Source: Senegalimassilia sp. (GTDB lineage Bacteria; Actinomycetota; Coriobacteriia; Coriobacteriales; Eggerthellaceae). From it: a DNA stretch of 64,000 nucleotides. The DNA lies in contig CAVEUW010000003.1 in assembly GCA_963619015.1 (NCBI GenBank), positions 2,640 through 66,639 on the forward strand, in the 5' to 3' direction. The notes beneath the pieces were generated by a model, which worked only from the letters and a program-made list of their open reading frames with translations, was not told the DNA's origin and searched no databases. Shown here in pieces: positions 10,257-20,925 of the stretch (positions within the stretch are counted from its first letter, which is position 1; every line of letters starts with the position of its first letter). The position numbers and the translations under genes were made by a program.

Positions 10257-10721
10257 CTATCGCGCATACCATTCCGTAAGAAGCTTATCCTCAAGCGCTT
10301 CCATCACCTGGGCTTCTTCTTCAACAATATGATCATAGCCACACAGGTGAAGAAGGCCATGCACAAAAAGCAAATTGATTTCTTGGGCAAAAGTCGTCCC
10401 AAATTCTGCTGTTTGTCGCTCAGCTACATCAGGGGCAATCACAATATCGCCTAGCTCGAAAACTTCAGCGGCAGCTAATCCCACAAACTGAGCCATCTCG
10501 TCATCAACACCATCGCATTCGAAGGACAAAACATCAGTTGGCCCTTCTTTCCCACGATAGCTTTCATTTAAACGCGCTATTTCCTCGTCGGTAACAAACG
10601 ATAAGGAAACTTCAGTGTTATCAGGCTTTCCTTCGTGCTGTAATACAAAGAAGGCAAGTTCTTCAAGCGGCAGATCTAAAAGATCTGCTTCTCGATAATC
10701 GTAGTTAATTTGCAAATCCAT
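10257..10721 (-). CDS. ybeY: rRNA maturation endoribonuclease YbeY
   Basis: PTDVLSF, LGDIVI, HGLLHLCGYDH. Confidence 0.96.
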   Translation of the reverse strand: MDLQINYDYREADLLDLPLEELAFFVLQHEGKPDNTEVSLSFVTDEEIARLNESYRGKEGPTDVLSFECDGVDDEMAQFVGLAAAEVFELGDIVIAPDVAERQTAEFGTTFAQEINLLFVHGLLHLCGYDHIVEEEAQVMEALEDKLLTEWYAR

Positions 10722-10739
10722 GAACGTACCCCCGATGAG

Positions 10740-11690
10740 CTATTTCGCAGCTTTGTCATACGCTGCAACTATTGCAGAAACAAGCGAATGACGGACAACA
10801 TCTTTACCGGAAAGCTTACAAAACTCGATTCCTTTAATATCTCCAAGAATAGTTTCAATACCCTTTAGGCCAGATACCCCACGAGGCAAGTCGAGCTGGG
10901 TCGCATCGCCAGTGACGACCATCTTTGAACCGATACCAAGTCGCGTCAGAAACATTTTCATCTGCTCAGGCGTTGTATTTTGCGCCTCATCCAGAATAAT
11001 GAATGCGTCGTTGAGCGTGCGACCACGCATGAAAGCAAGCGGCGCAATTTCGATGACATTGTTTTCGATAAGCTGCATTGCACGCTCGTGATCGGCCATA
11101 TCAAACAGCGCGTCATACAGTGGACGCACATATGGATCAACCTTCTCTGTTAACGAGCCAGGAAGAAATCCGAGGTTTTCACCAGCTTCTACAACTGGAC
11201 GGGTTAAAACAATACGGCCGACTTCTTTTCTTTTGATGGCAGCAATTGCCATAGCCATTGCTAAATAGGTTTTACCTGTGCCTGCAGGGCCAATACCAAA
11301 TGTGATTGTGTTATTTCGGATTGCATCCACATAACGCTTTTGACCTGCAGTTTTAGGTCGAATCGCTCGTCCGCGATATGTCAGCAAAACGTCTTCACGC
11401 AATGCATTCGGGCTAAATTCAGCACCTTTAAGTAAACTCATGGCTCGATCAAGATACGCCTCGTCAGGAGTTTCGCCATCTTCAACATGCTTCATCATTT
11501 CAGAAAATAGCTTTGTAAGCGTTTGAACCTCTGCTGCGTTACCAGCAATTGAAATAGTATTACCGCGAACGATGATTTGGGCGTCATAAGCCTCTTCGAT
11601 TTTATGAAGCAAACTGTCACCTGGACCAGTGACAAGCGCCATGTCAATAGATGCAGGCGCGCTTAAGGTAATGTGTTCAGAATCTGTCAT
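10740..11690 (-). CDS. phoH: PhoH-family ATPase (YbeZ-like)
   Basis: GPAGTGKT, LGFLPG, MRGRTL, DEAQN. Start re-assigned to MTDSEH to remove the overlap with mtaB. Confidence 0.93.
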   Translation of the reverse strand: MTDSEHITLSAPASIDMALVTGPGDSLLHKIEEAYDAQIIVRGNTISIAGNAAEVQTLTKLFSEMMKHVEDGETPDEAYLDRAMSLLKGAEFSPNALREDVLLTYRGRAIRPKTAGQKRYVDAIRNNTITFGIGPAGTGKTYLAMAMAIAAIKRKEVGRIVLTRPVVEAGENLGFLPGSLTEKVDPYVRPLYDALFDMADHERAMQLIENNVIEIAPLAFMRGRTLNDAFIILDEAQNTTPEQMKMFLTRLGIGSKMVVTGDATQLDLPRGVSGLKGIETILGDIKGIEFCKLSGKDVVRHSLVSAIVAAYDKAAK

Positions 11691-11697
11691 GCCGCAA

Positions 11698-11706
11698 AGT
11701 ATACCA
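11698..11706 (-). promoter_or_regulatory. Extended -10 promoter, probably giving a leaderless phoH mRNA
   Basis: Minus strand TGGTATACT-TTGCGGC-ATG: TGn-TATACT 7 nt before the start codon, no SD. Confidence 0.6.
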
Positions 11707-11739
11707 CGCACGCTTACAAGAGCATGCCGGCTTGAAAGG

Positions 11740-12981
11740 CTAAAGACGCACTTCCACAAGCGAACCAGCATCTGCACCGGCGGGTGCTAACACCTCGTGA
11801 TAGCTTTCGGTCATAGCACGGCCATCCTCTTCCACCAGCGCAAATTCGCACGTGCCACGTCGTCGTGTTAAATCAGAATCGCGAAGTTCATTAGACAAGT
11901 TGCGTAATTGTGTAGCACGCTGAGCTTTCACCTGCGGATCAACCTGGTCATCTCTGTCAGCCGCAGGAGTTCCCGCACGCATCGAATACGGAAACACATG
12001 TATCTTTGAGAAACGACAGCTACGCGCAATATGTAAGGTGTCTACAAAATCAGTATCCGACTCACCAGGAAATCCGCAGATGATATCTGTAGAAAGCGAA
12101 ATATTCGGCATAGCCTTATACAGTTTTTCAACTAAGTCGACGAAATATTGCACGGTATATGGACGATGCATTTCACGAAGCACTTTTGCACTTCCCGACT
12201 GCAGAGGTAAATGCAAATGACGACAAATTCGCCCTTGTGAAACAGACATTAAATGAATTAGAGAATCACTCACATCGCGTGGTTCGATACTTGAAATGCG
12301 AAAACGACAAGCAGGAGCATCTGCCTCATGAATATCTTTTGTTGCTAAAAGAAGACGCTCAAGTAAACCATCGAGGCAAACATCGCTTTGAGAAGTACCG
12401 TTTTCCGATACAGCTGCACTTCTATAAGAACCCAAGTTGATACCTGTAAGGACAATTTCACGAACGCCAGCTTGTGCAAGCTTCACACATTCATCAATAA
12501 CTTCATCAGCACTACGACTTGTTGCTTTACCTCGGGCAACATGAACAATGCAATACGTACACGCATTGTTGCAGCCATCTTGGATTTTTACGCCAACGCG
12601 ACTACGAAAACCGTCTCCTACCGCTAGCACGTTTGCATCATGCTCAAGTGGTCCAACGAGCTGATCAAGCAAAGAATCTACCTGGAGTTTTCCTGAAACA
12701 TGAACACGAGCGGGATCCATTGAGAGAAAGGTGTCGGCATCAAGAGCAGCAGCACATCCGGTAACCACAACATGTGCTGTCGAGCTGTCACGCAATGCGC
12801 GCCTGACAGCCTTACGCGTTTTTTTCTCGGCTTCACCAGTAACTGTGCAGGTATTAACAACAATAACATCTGCTTGAGTTTGGTCGGTTTCTATACAGCC
12901 ACGCGATAGGAGCCCTGCGGCAAAAGCATCGGACTCAACTTTATTAACTTTGCACCCTAAGTTTACAATTGCGAAATTCAC
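11740..12981 (-). CDS. mtaB: Radical SAM methylthiotransferase, MtaB type
   Basis: LGCKVN, VNTCTVT, KIQDGCNNACTYC; dnaJ-rsmE-mtaB synteny. Confidence 0.88.
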   Translation of the reverse strand: MNFAIVNLGCKVNKVESDAFAAGLLSRGCIETDQTQADVIVVNTCTVTGEAEKKTRKAVRRALRDSSTAHVVVTGCAAALDADTFLSMDPARVHVSGKLQVDSLLDQLVGPLEHDANVLAVGDGFRSRVGVKIQDGCNNACTYCIVHVARGKATSRSADEVIDECVKLAQAGVREIVLTGINLGSYRSAAVSENGTSQSDVCLDGLLERLLLATKDIHEADAPACRFRISSIEPRDVSDSLIHLMSVSQGRICRHLHLPLQSGSAKVLREMHRPYTVQYFVDLVEKLYKAMPNISLSTDIICGFPGESDTDFVDTLHIARSCRFSKIHVFPYSMRAGTPAADRDDQVDPQVKAQRATQLRNLSNELRDSDLTRRRGTCEFALVEEDGRAMTESYHEVLAPAGADAGSLVEVRL

Positions 12982-12983
12982 GG

Positions 12984-13778
12984 TCAGCCTAAACTTCCAA
13001 GCATGCCAAGCTCATAGAGCACAAGAGCCGGTGCAACAATTCCTGCAGTTTCAGTTCGAAGGATGGAAGAACCCAAACTAACCAGGTGAGCATTTATATT
13101 ACAATCTAGTAATTTTTGCACCTCATCAGGGCTTATGCCTCCTTCAGGACCAACAACCACAGCTATTGAGGGAATCATTTGAAGGGTCTGGGGCTTTTCC
13201 AGCGCAGACGATAAAGCCTCATGTAAAGAGGCTGTTTCCGGGGCTTCCTCCCAGCAAATGCAAACAACATCGCACGTAGATAGCTTTTCAAGCAATGTTG
13301 AAAACGAAGCGGGTTCACTAACCGTAGGGATTTTTGCTTGGCCAGATTGCATTGCGGCGCTTTTTGCGATAGCGCTCCATCGATTGGTGCGTGCTTGAGC
13401 CTTTTTTGCATCAAGCTTTACGATAGAACGCGAAGACGAAAACGGATGAAAGGCGGTAACTCCAAGCTCAGTAGCATGCCGGATAACCGTATCCATTTTG
13501 TCGCCTTTAGCAAGCCCCTGACACAGCATGACATATGCTTGCGGATTACAGGCCTTTTCGTGGCGAGAGATAGAAACGAACGGCACACCATTTTCGAACG
13601 CTTCAATTTGGCATTCAAAGTAATCAGACGCAGCATCGATAATTGCAATATGTTCGCCGGGATTTAGCCGCAACACGCGCAAATGTTTTGCGTCGTCCGA
13701 TTCAAGATCAAGGGCGAACACCTTTTCAGTTTCTTCAGCTAATACCTGTTCAGAAAGAAAAAAACGTGGCAACGACAT
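12984..13778 (-). CDS. rsmE: 16S rRNA m3U1498 methyltransferase
   Basis: HLRVLRL, ATELGV, VGPEGG, LGSSILRTETA. Confidence 0.95.
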   Translation of the reverse strand: MSLPRFFLSEQVLAEETEKVFALDLESDDAKHLRVLRLNPGEHIAIIDAASDYFECQIEAFENGVPFVSISRHEKACNPQAYVMLCQGLAKGDKMDTVIRHATELGVTAFHPFSSSRSIVKLDAKKAQARTNRWSAIAKSAAMQSGQAKIPTVSEPASFSTLLEKLSTCDVVCICWEEAPETASLHEALSSALEKPQTLQMIPSIAVVVGPEGGISPDEVQKLLDCNINAHLVSLGSSILRTETAGIVAPALVLYELGMLGSLG

Positions 13779-13793
13779 GCTAAGCCCTACACG

Positions 13794-14921
13794 CTAGTTG
13801 AACTTATCGCGAAGCTTCTGCAAAGGAGTACGAGCCTCGGCAACATCTTCGCCAAACTCATGTGCAAGCTGCTCAAGGAGTTCACGCTGCTTCTTAGTAA
13901 CCTTCTTTGGAACAGTTACGCGCACATGAACGTACAAATCACCGCGGGCGTCAGAGCGCAAACGGGGCATACCATGACCCTTCACGCGCACCGTTTGATC
14001 ATTCTGCAAACCCTCTGGAATGCGAACAGTAACCTTTTCATCTTCAAAAATTCCGTCGACTTCAATTTCGGCACCCAAAGAAGCCTGAACAATAGATACA
14101 TTTGCCCGACAATGCAGATCGTCTCCATCGCGTTCAAAGAATTCATGAGGCTGAATACGGCAAGTAACAATAAGGTCACCTGAAGCAGCGCCACGAAGGC
14201 CAGTTTCGCCAAAACCAGAAAGACGAAGTTGTTGAGCATCGCGAATGCCAGCAGGAACTTCAACAGAGACACGCTGACGATCAGGCACACGACCCTGACC
14301 ATCACATTCGGGGCACGGATTATCGATAGTTTTACCCGTACCGCCACACTTTGTGCAGGTAGAAGCAGTCTGCATGTCGCCTAAGAAAGTCCGCTGAACC
14401 GTAACAACACGCCCTCGGCCTTCACACTCAGAACAGGTGACTTCCTTACCGCCTTCAGCCATACCCGTTCCTTCGCAATCGGGGCACGGTGAGAGGCGGT
14501 CGTAAACGATTTCTTTCTTGACGCCGGTAGCAACTTCCTCGAGGGTTAAGCGCAAGCCAACGCCCATATCGCGACCTTCGCGTCGCTGCTGACGTCCACC
14601 ACCTGCACCGCCGCCGAAGAAACTTGAGAAAATATCTCCCATTCCAAATCCGCCGCCGAAAAGGTCTTCGAAATCAACAGCTGATCCATAGCCACCACCA
14701 GAGGCGCCAGGAATTGTGCCAAAGCGGTCATACTGAGCGCGCTTGTTCGCATCAGAAAGAACGTCATAGGCCTCGTTCAACTCTTTGAACTGATCCTCAG
14801 CATCGGCTGCTTTATTCACGTCGGGGTGCAACTCACGTGCACGTCGACGAAACGCCTTCTTGATTTCTGCCTCTGTGGCATCTTTTGAAACACCGAGAAC
14901 TTCGTACAAGTCCTTCGCCAT
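13794..14921 (-). CDS. dnaJ: Chaperone DnaJ
   Basis: J domain with HPD, G/F-rich region, four CxxCxGxG repeats. Confidence 0.97.
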   Translation of the reverse strand: MAKDLYEVLGVSKDATEAEIKKAFRRRARELHPDVNKAADAEDQFKELNEAYDVLSDANKRAQYDRFGTIPGASGGGYGSAVDFEDLFGGGFGMGDIFSSFFGGGAGGGRQQRREGRDMGVGLRLTLEEVATGVKKEIVYDRLSPCPDCEGTGMAEGGKEVTCSECEGRGRVVTVQRTFLGDMQTASTCTKCGGTGKTIDNPCPECDGQGRVPDRQRVSVEVPAGIRDAQQLRLSGFGETGLRGAASGDLIVTCRIQPHEFFERDGDDLHCRANVSIVQASLGAEIEVDGIFEDEKVTVRIPEGLQNDQTVRVKGHGMPRLRSDARGDLYVHVRVTVPKKVTKKQRELLEQLAHEFGEDVAEARTPLQKLRDKFN

Positions 14922-14965
14922 ATAAATCGAACTACCTTTCTAAAGCAGGCGTAATGCCTAATAGC

Positions 14966-15982
14966 CTACTGATCTTCAAGCGCAGAACCACAAATGCGAA
15001 CCGCGCGTAATACCTTTGAATAATCCATACGGGTTGGACCGATAACCGCCACAACACCAGCAGAATCCCCCCTACCGTAACGGCTTGCAACAACCGAAAC
15101 GCCTGATAATGCCTCAGGTTCATTCTCTGAGCCGATAGTAACCGTAGGAGTCAAACTTGTCGTTTGGCAAGCCTGGTCGAGAATATGCAATAAAACCGTA
15201 TCGTCATCAAGCGCTTGCATAACAGGCAATATGGCACTTGACGAACTAAACTCGGGCTGAGCAAGCAAGCTTGACAGACCAAGCCTATGAGCACGTGAAC
15301 CCTCAGACTCTCGCAAGCACGATAAAACCTCGTCAAAGGCAAGACGTACAAGCGGATCGCTGAATGCCTCAGTAACGCCTGCGGCAACGCCACCTTCAAC
15401 ATCATGAAGCGAATTTCCGGTAAACACGTCATTTAGCAAGCGTTGGACTCGTGCTAATTCATCAGAGGAGACCTCTTCAGCAAAATCAATCTGGCGATTA
15501 AAAACCTGTGCATCCTCGGTCACAACCACCGCTAAAGCACGATGAGGTGTGAGCGAAATTAACGAAAGCTGCTTGATGTGCATATCAAGCACCGAAGGGG
15601 CAAGCACGATAGATAGGCAATCTGTCAGACGCGTGAGGGCAGCTGATGTTTGCTCAAACAACTCATCAAGCTCAGTCGCGCTTTCGCGTAGTTCACGAGC
15701 TGCCTGTTTGCATCGCTCATCGTCATCATGATGAGCCTGTTCGCTTAAGAGCTCGTCAACAAATGCACGATAACCCGCATCGGTTGGAATTCGACCCGCT
15801 GAAGTATGAGGTTGTGCAATATAGCCACCATCTTCAAGAACAGAAAGTTCATTTCGGACGGTCGCAGAACTCACACCAAGATGATAACGTTCAGTAAGGG
15901 TACGAGATCCTACAGGAAGGGCGTATGCTACGTACTCCTCAATCAGTGCAGCAAGAACTTTTTGCCTTCTGTCTGATAGCAC
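14966..15982 (-). CDS. hrcA: Heat-inducible transcription repressor HrcA
   Basis: PVGSRTL, SSATVRNEL, QPHTSAGRIPT, IGPTRMDY. GTG start at 15982 after SD GGAAAGG. Confidence 0.95.
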   Translation of the reverse strand: MLSDRRQKVLAALIEEYVAYALPVGSRTLTERYHLGVSSATVRNELSVLEDGGYIAQPHTSAGRIPTDAGYRAFVDELLSEQAHHDDDERCKQAARELRESATELDELFEQTSAALTRLTDCLSIVLAPSVLDMHIKQLSLISLTPHRALAVVVTEDAQVFNRQIDFAEEVSSDELARVQRLLNDVFTGNSLHDVEGGVAAGVTEAFSDPLVRLAFDEVLSCLRESEGSRAHRLGLSSLLAQPEFSSSSAILPVMQALDDDTVLLHILDQACQTTSLTPTVTIGSENEPEALSGVSVVASRYGRGDSAGVVAVIGPTRMDYSKVLRAVRICGSALEDQ

Positions 15983-16041
15983 GACAACCACCTTTCCCAA
16001 ATATCTGACCACAAGGGTGCTTATAATTGCAAAAAGGTATT

Positions 16042-16068
16042 TTAGCAGCCGTTAGCAAAGAGTGCTAA
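16042..16068 (-). promoter_or_regulatory. CIRCE element (HrcA operator)
   Basis: Minus strand TTAGCACTC-TTTGCTAAC-GGCTGCTAA versus consensus TTAGCACTC-N9-GAGTGCTAA (2 mismatches), directly upstream of hrcA-dnaJ. Confidence 0.9.
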
Positions 16069-16163
16069 GTTTGCACCGAATCGTAACGAAACAGATGATT
16101 AAAGGGAACTCTGCTAAGCCAAGCGGCAAAAATAGACTCGAAAAAACGCTTTCGTAAAGAAAA

Positions 16164-17273
16164 TTATGGCGCCAGATCAAACAAGCGACCATACAGTTCG
16201 TTGCCACACAACCAACCACGCTCTGTTGGGCGCCAACGTCGGTCAACATGCTCTACCAATCCAGCTTCGCTAAGCCAAATGAGCACCTGCTGCGTTTGAG
16301 GCAATTGATTCATGGCAGCTTCTACCTGCTCGTCTGCTATCCCTGCCGACATACGCATGCCTAACATAAGGTCTTCGGCAATCATTTGACGAGAATCTAA
16401 ATCGTCAGTAATGCACCCATCTTGCACACGCATACGACGCTTATCATTTTGTGTCATTGTTGCAGCTGAACGGCCAAGTCCTAAGTAGGGTTTGCCTGTC
16501 CAATAAGCAATATTATGTTTGCACTCAAACCCTGGTTTTGCATAACTTGCAACCTCGTAACGACAGTAGCCTGCTTGTTCAAGAATGCTCGCAGCCAATT
16601 GCATATGCTGAGCTTCAACATCTTCATCTGGCTCTTCCAGCTGACCAGTTAAAACCATTTTCTGAAAGGGCGTATGATCTTCGATAGTTAATGGATACAC
16701 ACTGATATGAGGCACGCCTAAATCGATGGCAGTTTTTAAGCTTTCAATGAATGATTCAGCAGACTGGCCAGGAATTCCGCACATAAGGTCAATGCTGATA
16801 TTTTTAAAGCGTTCTTGGGCTAAACGAACTGCGTCTTTTGCCGTTTGGGCATCATGTGCACGACCTAAGATTTCAAGCACTACATCATCAAAACTTTGAA
16901 CACCAATCGACAAACGATTCACACCAAGAGCCCAAATATCACGAACCATATTTTCTGTAAGGCTTTCAGGATTTGCCTCCATGCTGCATTCAACATCAGG
17001 TTCAAGACGCATTGAAAGCGAAAGCGTATAAAGCAACATTGACAAGCGCGCCATGCCAACATACGAGGGCGTGCCACCGCCGATATATACCGTGTCAATT
17101 TGGCCCAGTTCGCCCTCGCGTGCCTTTTGGCGAATTTGCAAGCATAAGTCTTCAATATAAGTATCAATTGATGCGTCTTCGCAAGGCACGGCTGAAGTGG
17201 TGAAATCGCAATACGAACAGCGCTTCACGCAAAAGGGAATATGCAAATACAAAGCCTTATACGGATCATGCAT
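16164..17273 (-). CDS. hemW: Radical SAM heme chaperone HemW (HemN-like)
   Basis: YLHIPFCVKRCSYCDF, GGGTPS, HNIAYW motif; lepA-hemW-hrcA synteny. Confidence 0.9.
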   Translation of the reverse strand: MHDPYKALYLHIPFCVKRCSYCDFTTSAVPCEDASIDTYIEDLCLQIRQKAREGELGQIDTVYIGGGTPSYVGMARLSMLLYTLSLSMRLEPDVECSMEANPESLTENMVRDIWALGVNRLSIGVQSFDDVVLEILGRAHDAQTAKDAVRLAQERFKNISIDLMCGIPGQSAESFIESLKTAIDLGVPHISVYPLTIEDHTPFQKMVLTGQLEEPDEDVEAQHMQLAASILEQAGYCRYEVASYAKPGFECKHNIAYWTGKPYLGLGRSAATMTQNDKRRMRVQDGCITDDLDSRQMIAEDLMLGMRMSAGIADEQVEAAMNQLPQTQQVLIWLSEAGLVEHVDRRWRPTERGWLCGNELYGRLFDLAP

Positions 17274-18246
17274 GTGCGTGAGCCACCTCTAAAAGTTCGT
17301 CAAATACCGTATCGAAATCTTCGACAGTAACGCAGGCATTAATTTTGCCCCGAGCAGCTGCAGCTCCAGGAAGACCTGACATGTACCACATAGCGTGCTT
17401 TCGCATGCGAACAATATTGCGACCATGTCGCTCAGACAAAAGGCGTGCATGTCGACGCGCCATGGCAATACGTTCGTCAACCGAAGGTGCACTGGGAATG
17501 TCATTTCCGGCAAGCGCTGCTGCAGCCTGGGCAAACAACCAAGGATTTCCCTCAGCTCCTCGCGCTATCATAACTGCATCGCACCCCGTTTGTGAAAGCA
17601 TAGCCGCGGCATCTTCGCCAACTTTTACATCACCGTTACCAATGACCGGAATGCTTACAACACGCTTGACACGCGCTATAGTTTCCCACTCAGCACTCCC
17701 CCGGTAGAGTTGTTGCGCATAGCGTCCATGAATAGCAACGGCACTTGCGCCAGCTTCCTCCATACGCAAAGCAAACTCAGGAGCAGTTTCTTGACCTTCA
17801 AACCAACCTCGCCTGAACTTTACCGTCACTGGATGTTCTACCGATGCTACAACGCAACGCACAATTTTTGCTGCTAGTTCTGGGTCGCGCATAAGTGCGC
17901 TTCCGTCGCCCTTTGACACAATTTTGCGAGCAGGACAACCCATATTGATGTCGATATATGCAAGGGTGTTACCCATTTCCTGTTCAATCCAAGCAGCCTG
18001 AGAGGCCATAACATGAGGTTCATGACCAAACAACTGAACTGCTACCATATCTTCACCAGGAGCTAGATCAAGCAAATGACGCGTTTTCTCGTTAGCATAT
18101 GAAAGGCCTTTTGCAGAAACCATTTCGGTGTAAGTCATATTCGCGCCCGACTCTCGACAAAGGCATCGAAATGCTTCATCTGAGACACCAGCCATTGGAG
18201 CCAGTAAGAGCTTTGGAGAAGTTAGAAACTCTTGAAAATTAAACAT
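17266..18246 (-). CDS. dusB: tRNA-dihydrouridine synthase
   Basis: LAPMAG, DINMGCP, HGR, NGD, MIARG. Confidence 0.92.
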   Translation of the reverse strand: MFNFQEFLTSPKLLLAPMAGVSDEAFRCLCRESGANMTYTEMVSAKGLSYANEKTRHLLDLAPGEDMVAVQLFGHEPHVMASQAAWIEQEMGNTLAYIDINMGCPARKIVSKGDGSALMRDPELAAKIVRCVVASVEHPVTVKFRRGWFEGQETAPEFALRMEEAGASAVAIHGRYAQQLYRGSAEWETIARVKRVVSIPVIGNGDVKVGEDAAAMLSQTGCDAVMIARGAEGNPWLFAQAAAALAGNDIPSAPSVDERIAMARRHARLLSERHGRNIVRMRKHAMWYMSGLPGAAAARGKINACVTVEDFDTVFDELLEVAHAHA

Positions 18247-18253
18247 AGAATAG

Positions 18254-18439
18254 CTAGCTCATTAAGATACCAAGGCTGCCAACAAGCGTCGTTAAAAGCA
18301 AAGCAATCATAGCAACAATGACAATAATGCAGCCGATACCAGCAAAAATTGTAGAATGGCTTTTTGCGCGTTGTGCCTCTTCAGCAGCCTTCTTTTCGTC
18401 GAAAGCATTATCAAGCCAACTTGAATCTTCAGTTTTCAT
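18254..18439 (-). CDS. Small hypothetical protein with C-terminal TM helix
   Basis: SD GGGGAG, fills the lepA-dusB gap, hydrophobic C-terminus. Confidence 0.65.
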   Translation of the reverse strand: MKTEDSSWLDNAFDEKKAAEEAQRAKSHSTIFAGIGCIIVIVAMIALLLTTLVGSLGILMS

Positions 18440-18478
18440 CTTTCGACTCCCCCAAACTGCCTACATTAAGCATGCGAA

Positions 18479-20281
18479 TTAATCGTCAACCTTCAAAATT
18501 GCCATAAACGCTTCTTGCGGCACTTCAACATTGCCAATTGCCTTCATGCGTTTCTTACCTTGCTTCTGCTTTTCAAGCAATTTACGTTTACGGCTAATAT
18601 CACCGCCATAGCATTTCGCCAAAACATCCTTGCGTTTTGCCTTAACGGTTTCACGTGCAAGCACCCTACCACCAATTGCGGCCTGAATAGGCACTTCAAA
18701 CATTTGACGAGGAATGATCTCCTTCAACTTTTCAGTTAGCACGCGGCCGCGGTCGTAGGCTTTGTCTTTATGAACAATAAAGCTTAATGCGTCAATAGGC
18801 TTTCCAGAAAGCAAAATATCAAGCTTAACCAGCTTCGATTCATGATATCCATCGAATTCGTAATCAAGAGACGCATACCCTTTTGTATTTGACTTCAATC
18901 TATCAAAGTAGTCCATAATCAGCTCAGAAAGCGGAATTTCCCAAAGCATTTCTACGGTATGTTCAGAGAGATATTCCATGCTTACAAAGGTGCCTCTACG
19001 GGCAACAGTAAGTTCCATCACTGCACCAACATAATCAGGCGGGATAAGTATTTTCGCCTTCAGATACGGTTCTTCAATGCGCTCAATTTCACCTGGATCA
19101 GGCATTTCTTGCGGCGAATGAAGGCTTACCATAGTACCGCCCTGCTTGAACACGTGATATTCAACCGAAGGGGCCGTAGCAAGCAGGTCAAGATTAAACT
19201 CGCGCTCTAGGCGCTCTTTAATAACCTCCATATGAAGCAAGCCTAAAAAGCCAACACGGAAGCCAAAACCAAGAGCATGTGACTTCTCTGCTTCCCAGAT
19301 TAAAGCCGGGTCATTCAGCGACAGCTTCTCAAGTGCCTCTTTCAGAGGTTCGTACTGGTCAGAGTCAATAGGGAACAAACCGGTATATACCATTGGCTTC
19401 GCTTCGCGATACCCAGGCAAAGGCTCGCTCACCCCACCCTCAGCAAGAGTGAGGGTATCGCCAACTTTTACATGAGACAAGTCTTTAAGGCCTGTAACTA
19501 AGTAACCAACCTCACCAACACTCAGCTCAGGCAGCGCCTCTTCTTTCGGGTGGCGCGCTCCAACCTCTTCGGCCAAAATTACCTGATCAGTCGCTAACAA
19601 ACGAAGCTTTTGACCTTTGCGCATGCTGCCATCAACGACACGTACGAGCGCAACAACGCCACGGTACGGGTCAAAGTAGCTATCAAAGATGAGTGCACGC
19701 AATGGAGCGGTTGCATCGCCCGTAGGTGCCGGAATGTTGTACACCACCGATTCAAGAAGATCATGCACACCAACACCAGTCTTACCGCTTGCTAAAACCG
19801 CATCGTCAGCAGGAATTGCCAGTCCATCTTCTATTTCAGCTTTAACGCGCTCGGGTTCAGCCGAAGGAAGGTCAATCTTGTTAATAAGAGGAATAATCTC
19901 CAAATTAGCATTCATGGCCATCATGGCATTTGCGACAGTTTGAGCTTCAACGCCCTGGGTTGCGTCAACTACCAAAACGGCACCTTCACACGCCGCCAAA
20001 GAACGAGAAACTTCATAAGTAAAGTCTACATGACCTGGGGTATCAATCAGATTAAACTGATAGGCTTCACCATCATCTGCCGTATAACTAACTCGAACTG
20101 CCTGGCTTTTAATCGTAATGCCACGCTCGCGCTCAATATCCATACTATCAAGCAATTGAGCTTGCATATCGCGCTCAGAAACAGTACCAGTCTGTTCCAA
20201 AATGCGATCAGACAAGGTAGATTTACCGTGGTCGATATGGGCGATAATCGAAAAATTTCTGATATGAGACGGGTCAGTCAT
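18479..20281 (-). CDS. lepA: Elongation factor 4 (LepA)
   Basis: [43 protein letters not shown]. Start taken at MTDPSH. Confidence 0.97.
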   Translation of the reverse strand: MTDPSHIRNFSIIAHIDHGKSTLSDRILEQTGTVSERDMQAQLLDSMDIERERGITIKSQAVRVSYTADDGEAYQFNLIDTPGHVDFTYEVSRSLAACEGAVLVVDATQGVEAQTVANAMMAMNANLEIIPLINKIDLPSAEPERVKAEIEDGLAIPADDAVLASGKTGVGVHDLLESVVYNIPAPTGDATAPLRALIFDSYFDPYRGVVALVRVVDGSMRKGQKLRLLATDQVILAEEVGARHPKEEALPELSVGEVGYLVTGLKDLSHVKVGDTLTLAEGGVSEPLPGYREAKPMVYTGLFPIDSDQYEPLKEALEKLSLNDPALIWEAEKSHALGFGFRVGFLGLLHMEVIKERLEREFNLDLLATAPSVEYHVFKQGGTMVSLHSPQEMPDPGEIERIEEPYLKAKILIPPDYVGAVMELTVARRGTFVSMEYLSEHTVEMLWEIPLSELIMDYFDRLKSNTKGYASLDYEFDGYHESKLVKLDILLSGKPIDALSFIVHKDKAYDRGRVLTEKLKEIIPRQMFEVPIQAAIGGRVLARETVKAKRKDVLAKCYGGDISRKRKLLEKQKQGKKRMKAIGNVEVPQEAFMAILKVDD

Positions 20282-20390
20282 GGCCTGCGCTTTCGAAAAC
20301 AAGGGCACCGCAATGGCGCCCTTTAAAACTTGCTATTCATTTATGGTAACAGGTTAGCAGCACCTCTAAGGCAAACTTAAACGTCAAGCA

Positions 20391-20828
20391 CTACAATTCC
20401 ACTTCAGCAGGGCCACTCGCACTCGAACTTACCGTAACCAATTTAGAAGCTTTTACTGAAGAACCGTCAACAGTCGCAAGAACCCAAGTACCCTCTTCTA
20501 ATGTAATTTCAACACTGCCACCAGAAACTGTCTTTGAAGTTTGCTGCTCAGGAACAAACTTCGACCCGTCTTCAGCGGTAAATACCGGTTTGCAAACAAC
20601 AACACTACTTGCAGAGGTTTTTACGGTTACTGTGCCATTTGACGATACAGCATCTTTTGGAGATGAAACGTCATAGGTCTGCTTTGAATCTGAATGGCAC
20701 GAGGTGCATGATTCACCATTATTAATAACTTCATGAGCACCTGAACAGCCCGTAAGTGCAATGCAGCCAAATGTCAAAACACCTACAACTGCAACAGTGG
20801 TTACTCCCCTTTTTACGCTAACTAACAT
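20391..20828 (-). CDS. Putative monoheme c-type cytochrome lipoprotein
   Basis: Signal peptide with lipobox LTGC, then CTSCH (CxxCH). SD GAAAGGGG before ATG 20828. Confidence 0.7.
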   Translation of the reverse strand: MLVSVKRGVTTVAVVGVLTFGCIALTGCSGAHEVINNGESCTSCHSDSKQTYDVSSPKDAVSSNGTVTVKTSASSVVVCKPVFTAEDGSKFVPEQQTSKTVSGGSVEITLEEGTWVLATVDGSSVKASKLVTVSSSASGPAEVEL

Positions 20829-20925
20829 ACAACCCCTTTCAAACCCCGTAGTCATTTGTGCATTTGCCTGCACAAATAGAAATTTATCAGCACAAAAGCG
20901 TGCTGCATTTGTTATTCTATCGCAT

